Positions 58,366 through 64,000 of a DNA stretch of 64,000 nt are shown here, piece after piece. Where the stretch lies: NCBI GenBank assembly GCA_030830285.1, contig JAURNF010000218.1, positions 3,354 to 67,353 of the forward strand, given 5' to 3'. The notes beneath the pieces were generated by a model. That model ran no database searches. It saw only the letters and a list, made by a program, of their open reading frames with translations, and was not told the origin of the DNA. Position 1 is the stretch's first letter. The number at the start of each line of letters is the position of its first letter. The position numbers were made by a program, and so were the translations under genes. Source of the stretch: Candidatus Kapaibacterium sp. Lineage in GTDB: Bacteria; Bacteroidota; Ignavibacteria; Kapaibacteriales; Kapaibacteriaceae.

Positions 58366-58566
58366 ATGACAATTTTCCACTTCGGTAAGCACGCCGTTCC
58401 GCTTGCAGACATCCACGATATCAATCTCGTCTACAAGTACCATGACAACGAGATCTATGTTGATCTCGAACTCAATGGCGGCGCACAACTCAGCCTCAAT
58501 CTTCCCGACTCTCTGGCATTCATGGAGCAGTTCATTAAGAAGATTCGCGAGACGAAAAACCTGTAA
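58366..58566 (+). CDS. Small hypothetical protein (66 aa)
   Basis: ATG at 58366 with GGAGG 5 nt upstream (gatatGGAGGccgttATG). No homology recognised. Its 3' end overlaps the convergent aminotransferase gene by ~30 nt. Confidence 0.4.
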   Translation: MTIFHFGKHAVPLADIHDINLVYKYHDNEIYVDLELNGGAQLSLNLPDSLAFMEQFIKKIRETKNL

Positions 58567-59707
58567 GGTACTCGCGCACGGCTGCTTCAAGCGCATCGAT
58601 ATCGCGCTGCTGAGTATGAAGGTGCGCACTACAACGTAGAATTGGAACATTGAGCCATCGATGGACAACAACCTCGATGGCTCGTTCATTATACAGCCAC
58701 TGCTTCATATGGTCAGTGTCTACATCTGATGGCAAAATGACAGTTGCCATCTGCAACAACGGATCGTGTCCACTTGCATGCATTGGCTGCACACCAGGCA
58801 GTGCCACGAGCATATCATGCGCTACATACGCCAGACCTCGTCCGTACTGTTGCGCGCGGTCCCATGGCTGCTGTGCCATGAGTTCGATCGCAAATGGAAC
58901 ACTAAGGAACGGACTGTAATCGCGCGTTCCAATGAATTCATGTTCGATGTTCAACGGACCATCACCGGCCACAGGATTACGCGCTCCCCAGCTGACGACA
59001 AGCGGTATGATTGCATCCTGCAGATGCGGGGCAACCCACAGAAACGCACTCCCTTTTGGTGTGCACATCCACTTGTGACAGTTCGCCGTGTAGACATCCG
59101 CTTGAAGCGTCGAGAGATCCAACGGAATGTGACCAGGTGAATGCGACCCATCGATGACCGAGAGAATACCTGCTGCACGTGCGCGAGCGCACAGATCCTC
59201 GACAGGCAATCGCACACCTGTTGGTGATGTGATATGACTTAGGAACAACACCTTTGTGTTCGGCGTAACCTTCGACCAAATGATTTCTGCCATCTCATCC
59301 ATCGACGGAACAGGCATCGGAATCTCAGCACGCACGTATCGAATACCCTTGGCTACACAGTACTGTTCCCAGGCACGATCGCAAGCTCCGTACTCATGAT
59401 CCGTTGTGCAGATCTCGTCGCCCTCTGTCAGCATCATCGACAGCGCATGCGCTGTGACGTTCACACCGAACGTGCTGTTCGTTACGTAGACAAGGTCCTT
59501 CCCTTCTGCACCGACGTATCGAGCAAGCGTATTGCGTGCATGAAGAAGGTTTGCAATTGACTCGCGGAAGTACAGCACTGGCTGCGCTTCGAGCTGCTCA
59601 ATCCAACGACGTTGCTCGTCGAGGATCGGACGCGGACACGCACCAAACGATCCGTGGTTCAAAAACACAATATCATCGCGGAGGAGGAAGTCCGAGCGAT
59701 TCAGCAT
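58535..59707 (-). CDS. Class V (fold type I) PLP-dependent aminotransferase, isopenicillin-N-epimerase/cysteine-desulfurase-like
   Basis: IVFLNHGSFGACPRPILDEQ N-terminus and class-V fold length (390 aa). Confidence 0.7.
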   Translation of the reverse strand: MLNRSDFLLRDDIVFLNHGSFGACPRPILDEQRRWIEQLEAQPVLYFRESIANLLHARNTLARYVGAEGKDLVYVTNSTFGVNVTAHALSMMLTEGDEICTTDHEYGACDRAWEQYCVAKGIRYVRAEIPMPVPSMDEMAEIIWSKVTPNTKVLFLSHITSPTGVRLPVEDLCARARAAGILSVIDGSHSPGHIPLDLSTLQADVYTANCHKWMCTPKGSAFLWVAPHLQDAIIPLVVSWGARNPVAGDGPLNIEHEFIGTRDYSPFLSVPFAIELMAQQPWDRAQQYGRGLAYVAHDMLVALPGVQPMHASGHDPLLQMATVILPSDVDTDHMKQWLYNERAIEVVVHRWLNVPILRCSAHLHTQQRDIDALEAAVREYLTGFSSRESS

Positions 59708-59713
59708 GATGCC

Positions 59714-61621
59714 TCACTTAATCACAGCACGCACACTGCGATTCGCAATTCGTTGCATTGGTGTAGTGTTTGATCCATCGCTTGATGGCTGACGAGCAAT
59801 CGTAACATCCGTAGCACGAGTGCCGAGAAGACGCACGGCACTGCGCGCACGACGTTCCATCAAGGCATCGTTGTATGTGGCATCACCCAATTCGTCGCAG
59901 CTGGCAATCAACGTCACACGCTTACCTGCAGCAAGAGCTTCCTTTACACGACGGATACCATCGGGATTCGTCGTCGAGAAGTCGTCCTTATCGAAGTCGC
60001 AATAGCCGATGACAACTGCATCATCCTGGATGTACGAGGGTTGGATGCGCACAACAGGTAGTTGCTGCACGGCAGAAGTTGCACGCACATTAACCGATGC
60101 TGTCGATGTGGTCCAAGCACCCGTACTGTCAACTACCTCACAGCTGATGCGCAACGGTTCTGTGCTTTCGGATCCGTCGCTCATTGGCAACACAACACGA
60201 TACATTGGTCCATCACCGACGACATCAACACGGCGACTTCCAAGCGTGGCTCTGACAGTAGAGGCACATGGTCCGGCCTCGCACGTAAGGATGTGAGCAA
60301 CAGGAATCGTCAGTTCGCGTGCACGGCGTGACGTGTCGGATGTGATGATTGGAACGACCATCGGGACGCCATCTATCAGGAAGCGCACCGAACGATGTTC
60401 GTCAGCAAGCTGTGGGTATGCATAGTCGCCAGTTACTTCCGTACGAACTTCAATGCGTGACATCGCATCGAGTCCGAGCTGCGCAACTGCCCATGACACA
60501 CGCTCGCGAGCGAGCTGGGCTGGCTCATCAGTCACTGCAGAGCCGATCACGGTAATGCGCACAGACGGATGCTCTGTGACGTACGCACGAACACCATCAA
60601 TCACGCGTTGCTGATATGCATCGAGCTTCGACGTCGCATCAGCGATTGGCGCAGTACTTCCCTTCTGGAAGAACAGCACGGGAGCCGCTTCGTACATCGT
60701 TGTGGCAATTGTATTGTCTGATCCTACCAATTCCACCACGCCGTTGGTTCGACGTGCCTCAATCTGTAGATCAGAGCGCAGCGCCGCAATTCGTGGCGGC
60801 GGTGGTGCCGGTGGCGGTGGTGCCGGCGCAGCCGGGGGGGGCGGCGGGGGTGCCTTCTGCAACCGCAATCGCACATCAACCCCTGCTCGGAGTGCACTTG
60901 CACTCCAGTTCGTCGTTGTTGCAATGTTCGTCAGGGCATGCTGGTAACTCAACGATGGCACAATGGCAATCGTCGGTGAGAGCGTGTATTCGTAGTAGAC
61001 ACCTGCGTTGAGCGCAGCATACAATCCTGCTGCATTCGGGATATCGCCACTTCCTACGTTGCGCGTGCGAGAGCCGTTCTCGTAGGTATAGCCTGATAGT
61101 GTGGGATCAACGAGTGATTCGGACTGCTCAAATGTTGCGCCGAGCGGAATACCTGAGGTGAAGCCAACGCGCACTCGCAAGGGCATGTTGATCGGCAGTG
61201 GCAGCGATACGTAAGGTGAGATACCGACAATGGCATAACCTATCGAAAGATCATGCCGAGAAACACCGTCCGACACGTTCTGTCCGCTAATGATGTTGCC
61301 GAACTTCTCGTCAACCTGCATGGATGCAGACAGACCTTGATACGCGATACGGGCACCAAGCTGAACGTCATTTCCTGCGATGCGCAGACCGATCGGCGCT
61401 TCAATTCCAGCACCGATTCCAAACGACAAGCCATTGCCCGATGTGAACTCGGCACAACAACTTGGTATGGTTGAAATACGGCGCATCGCACCGCTCTGCA
61501 ATGAGAGACCCGCCTCAATACCACCCGAGAGTCGATACGGAAGGAGCGTCGTGTCCGATTGCGCAACTGCAGATGTGCAGAACAAGACGAACGCGAGTGC
61601 TGTTGCTGTTGTAGTTCTCAT
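59714..61621 (-). CDS. OmpA-family outer-membrane protein: N-terminal beta-barrel-like domain, poly-Pro hinge, C-terminal OmpA peptidoglycan-binding domain
   Basis: Signal peptide MRTTTATALAFVLFCTSAVAQ. Hinge KAPPPPPPAAPAPPPPAPPPP (GC-rich poly-G/C DNA at about 60790-60850). OmpA_C motifs (TNPDGIRRVKEALAAGKRVTLIASCDELGDATYNDALMERRARSAVRLL). Overlaps the upstream cargo gene by 4 nt. Confidence 0.85.
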   Translation of the reverse strand: MRTTTATALAFVLFCTSAVAQSDTTLLPYRLSGGIEAGLSLQSGAMRRISTIPSCCAEFTSGNGLSFGIGAGIEAPIGLRIAGNDVQLGARIAYQGLSASMQVDEKFGNIISGQNVSDGVSRHDLSIGYAIVGISPYVSLPLPINMPLRVRVGFTSGIPLGATFEQSESLVDPTLSGYTYENGSRTRNVGSGDIPNAAGLYAALNAGVYYEYTLSPTIAIVPSLSYQHALTNIATTTNWSASALRAGVDVRLRLQKAPPPPPPAAPAPPPPAPPPPRIAALRSDLQIEARRTNGVVELVGSDNTIATTMYEAAPVLFFQKGSTAPIADATSKLDAYQQRVIDGVRAYVTEHPSVRITVIGSAVTDEPAQLARERVSWAVAQLGLDAMSRIEVRTEVTGDYAYPQLADEHRSVRFLIDGVPMVVPIITSDTSRRARELTIPVAHILTCEAGPCASTVRATLGSRRVDVVGDGPMYRVVLPMSDGSESTEPLRISCEVVDSTGAWTTSTASVNVRATSAVQQLPVVRIQPSYIQDDAVVIGYCDFDKDDFSTTNPDGIRRVKEALAAGKRVTLIASCDELGDATYNDALMERRARSAVRLLGTRATDVTIARQPSSDGSNTTPMQRIANRSVRAVIK

Positions 61622-63996
61622 CGTACAATCACCATGCGTGTTGTGGTTGTACGTGTTCCGCTGCGGAGATGCACGGTGTAGACACCTGCGCCGAGCGATT
61701 GTGTTGCCAGATCTACTTGATACGTGCCGGCTGACGGTAGTACAACTCGATCCTGCTGCACAACGTCGCCCTGTGTTGTTGTGATCATCACATCGAGATC
61801 TACAACAACGTCTGACTGAACCTCGAGTACTGCACGATCGACGCTCGGATTAGGAACAACACGAGCGCGAACAAACGGAGCAGGATGAAGCACGCGTCTG
61901 CTAGGATCTGGTCCAGCGATGCGAAGCACTCCAGACTCGTAGCGCACACCAACACTCACACCAAATCCCGATGCCGTTGTGTCGAACGCAATGATTGTGG
62001 AATCAATCTCGGCGATACCTGCCGGACCCGTCAGTGTTGCCAAAGTGGTATCCCGCAGGTAATTCCCGTTGATGCGGAATCGAATCAGACGCTGATCGTT
62101 GACAATCTCTTGCGAGAGAAGTTCTGCAGAACCAGCTGGACTCTCGATTGACTGTGCGATGAACAGTCGTGGGTTGACAAGGATTGCACCCTCATACGGA
62201 CGAAGTCCATTGTAGGTGACATTTTCACCGAGTGATGCTCGCAGCACAATTGCAACCGAGCCACGAGGGTCTGCCGTTATGCGCGGGGCGCGTACAATCG
62301 CTGATCCGGTATACGCTGCCAAGCGAATGCCTACCGACGATGCACACGGAACGAATGCGAAGTCGATACGATCGTTTGGACGAATCACTCCACCATTGTA
62401 CTGAACTCGAAGCTGAATCGAATCGCCAGGTGCAATCGTCACTGGAAGCGGAGTAAGCACTGTAAATGGCGCACCCGCAGGGAGCGAAGCAGCGTTCAGG
62501 GTGACAGCATTTGCTGAACGATTACCGAGCGTGACGGTGCGCTCAGTGACTTCTGGAATGAATGCAAGTGTCGGATGGCTGATTGCGATGTCAGCACCAG
62601 CACCGTATCCAAACACGCGAATCCTGCGCGTAACACTTACTTGACCAGCATACGTGATCACAACCTCGTCGGTATCGTTGCCAAGGCGACGTGGAGTGAA
62701 GAGCAATTCAATCTGCTGTGTCGATCCAGGCGCGAGTGTCGCACCAGGAGTTACTCCACGAATGCGGAACTGCGTTTGCGTTCCCTTGCGCATTGTGATG
62801 CCATCGATGACAACAGGTATCGGATCGTCATTGCGCACCAATGCGAGTGTGCGACGTCCGGTATCACCAACGCAGACTTCACCGAAATCCGTTCCATCAC
62901 CAGAGAGCGTCAGTGATCGATCGACACTCGTGATATAGAATGGAATCCGGAACCGCGCCTCGCACGCCTGAATCTCGAGCGTGTCCACCAGACGACCGGT
63001 GTCGAGTGGAACGGCCTTGAAGCGCAAGCCGAGACATGCACCAGGCATCACCGTATCGTTCTCAATTGGATCAACAAGTGTGAGCCAATTGTTTCGGAAC
63101 AGTGTCCCATATGTAAACACTGCTGGCACTAGACCTGTGTTGCAGATTGTTGCTGTGATGATCGTATCGACCTGCGTACCGATATAGTGACGTCCGACAG
63201 AGATCTCGCGGATCTGCATATCGAGCGGCACGATTTGGAACGTCGTGTCGCTGCGGTCCTCTTCAGGAGAGATGATCCGGCGCAAGAGCACGTTGTCGAC
63301 CTGATCGTTGGAGCATGAAGCGAGCGTGGATCCGTCAGGACCATACTCGATGTCGCGCAACACATTGCTGTGTCCTGGCATGCCAAGGATTGGACCCGCG
63401 ATCTGGCGATTAACAATGTCGTACTGACGAATCTGTGGTTGACCTTCAAAGCCCATCGTGAGGAACGTCTCACTCACATTGAACGTAAGTCCGACGGTGT
63501 TCAAGCCCTCACGATATGCCACACGGATCAGCGCGTCTTGCTTGGTATCGTAGATGAACGTACGCTGCTCCATTGGAGCGTTGCCCTTTCCGGGATCGGC
63601 ACTGCCGCCCGGACCCAGGTTCGCAGCTCCACCTATTGCCACCAATCCAGCGGTCGAAGTTGAAGCAACGGTATATGGCGCTGGTCCTGCATTACGAGCA
63701 AGGTTTGTGCGATAGCGCGACAGCTCCGCACGCGTCGTTGCACCATAGCGAACGACATCACCATCAATTTGTGCGATCGTCAGGACACCATCAGCAAACG
63801 TTGCCGCTGATGACGGTGCAGTAAGAACGATTGGTTGATCTTCGACAAGCGTTGCTGCGTCGTAATAGCGCACGCGTCCAGATGGAGCACCAACAACGAT
63901 CAGCCGCTCACCTGTCGTGGATGATCCGATTTCAATGACGTTTGGCATGTCAACATCAGCACGAGCAATAGGAGTTGCTCCACCAGCATTGAACAC
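61618..63996 (-). CDS. Secreted T9SS cargo protein, N-terminal beta-propeller-like region plus Ig-like domains plus CTD (5' end possibly beyond the window)
   Basis: C-terminal CTD-like ~80 aa (VVPNPSVDRAVLEVQSD...GAGVYTVHLRSGTRTTTTRMVIVR). The ORF reaches within 4 nt of the window end, so the annotated first Met may not be the true start. Confidence 0.75.
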   Translation of the reverse strand: MFNAGGATPIARADVDMPNVIEIGSSTTGERLIVVGAPSGRVRYYDAATLVEDQPIVLTAPSSAATFADGVLTIAQIDGDVVRYGATTRAELSRYRTNLARNAGPAPYTVASTSTAGLVAIGGAANLGPGGSADPGKGNAPMEQRTFIYDTKQDALIRVAYREGLNTVGLTFNVSETFLTMGFEGQPQIRQYDIVNRQIAGPILGMPGHSNVLRDIEYGPDGSTLASCSNDQVDNVLLRRIISPEEDRSDTTFQIVPLDMQIREISVGRHYIGTQVDTIITATICNTGLVPAVFTYGTLFRNNWLTLVDPIENDTVMPGACLGLRFKAVPLDTGRLVDTLEIQACEARFRIPFYITSVDRSLTLSGDGTDFGEVCVGDTGRRTLALVRNDDPIPVVIDGITMRKGTQTQFRIRGVTPGATLAPGSTQQIELLFTPRRLGNDTDEVVITYAGQVSVTRRIRVFGYGAGADIAISHPTLAFIPEVTERTVTLGNRSANAVTLNAASLPAGAPFTVLTPLPVTIAPGDSIQLRVQYNGGVIRPNDRIDFAFVPCASSVGIRLAAYTGSAIVRAPRITADPRGSVAIVLRASLGENVTYNGLRPYEGAILVNPRLFIAQSIESPAGSAELLSQEIVNDQRLIRFRINGNYLRDTTLATLTGPAGIAEIDSTIIAFDTTASGFGVSVGVRYESGVLRIAGPDPSRRVLHPAPFVRARVVPNPSVDRAVLEVQSDVVVDLDVMITTTQGDVVQQDRVVLPSAGTYQVDLATQSLGAGVYTVHLRSGTRTTTTRMVIVR

Positions 63997-64000
63997 CTGA

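Noticed and set aside
1-64000. CRISPR arrays, IS elements, integrases, prophage genes, toxin-antitoxin pairs and restriction-modification genes
   Set aside because: No regularly spaced direct repeats were seen. No ORF has transposase (DDE), integrase, phage-structural or methyltransferase motifs. The only DNA repeats are intragenic (adhesin domain duplications, the 39-nt repeat, homopolymers).

Overview
This 64 kb window is chromosomal DNA with about 57% GC, from a bacterium that has a type IX secretion system (T9SS). It is most likely in the Fibrobacteres-Chlorobi-Bacteroidetes (FCB) group, with Bacteroidota, Rhodothermota or Chlorobiota-like lineages the plausible placements. Many genes carry GGAGG/AGGAG Shine-Dalgarno (SD) motifs, which argues against classical Bacteroidia. 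Coding density is very high and almost every large ORF in the provided track is a real gene.

Housekeeping genes are interleaved with a striking number of T9SS cargo genes. Seven proteins end in a recognisable Por-type C-terminal sorting domain (CTD): two BNR/Asp-box beta-propeller proteins (one of them with Ig-like repeats), an 1171-aa Ig-repeat protein, a 3574-aa giant adhesin, two tandem subtilisin-like S8 proteases and one 792-aa cargo protein (start possibly beyond the window edge).

Housekeeping content:
- A phosphate-type two-component pair (OmpR-family response regulator plus histidine kinase).
- A TonB-dependent receptor.
- paaB-paaC-paaD, phenylacetyl-CoA epoxidase subunits, with paaA and paaE absent from the window.
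- An obg / hypothetical / radA operon.
- A crtB/hpnD-like prenyl synthase.
- The F0F1 ATP synthase operon atpZ-atpI-atpB-E-F-H-A-[hldD]-G.
- A PfkB kinase, ddl, a family-4 uracil-DNA glycosylase, clpC, an enoyl-CoA hydratase, dnaX, bcp, tatD, upp, a class-V aminotransferase and an OmpA-family protein.

I found no rRNA, tRNA, CRISPR array, transposase or integrase.

The most unusual observations, in rough order:
1. tatD has no stop codon and runs in frame into an outer-membrane beta-barrel domain ending in the typical C-terminal Phe; an SD-preceded internal ATG sits at the junction.
2. An LPS heptose epimerase gene, hldD, sits inside the ATP synthase operon between atpA and atpG. Three uncharacterised membrane-protein genes follow atpG on the same strand.
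3. The 10.7 kb adhesin gene contains internal near-identical tandem duplications and has a 509 bp structured non-coding region upstream.
4. A Pho-box-like direct repeat (CTGGTTA-N4-CTGGTAA) lies between the divergent response-regulator gene and a cargo gene.
5. Four consecutive stem-loops fill the atpE-atpF spacer.
6. A repeat-containing hypothetical gene is translationally coupled between radA and obg.
7. The paaBCD module is orphaned, with no paaA or paaE nearby.

I did not find a single compact, clearly new multi-gene system such as a defence island. The candidates for something undescribed are the tatD-barrel fusion, the three-gene membrane module after atpG, and the radA-hypothetical-obg unit.
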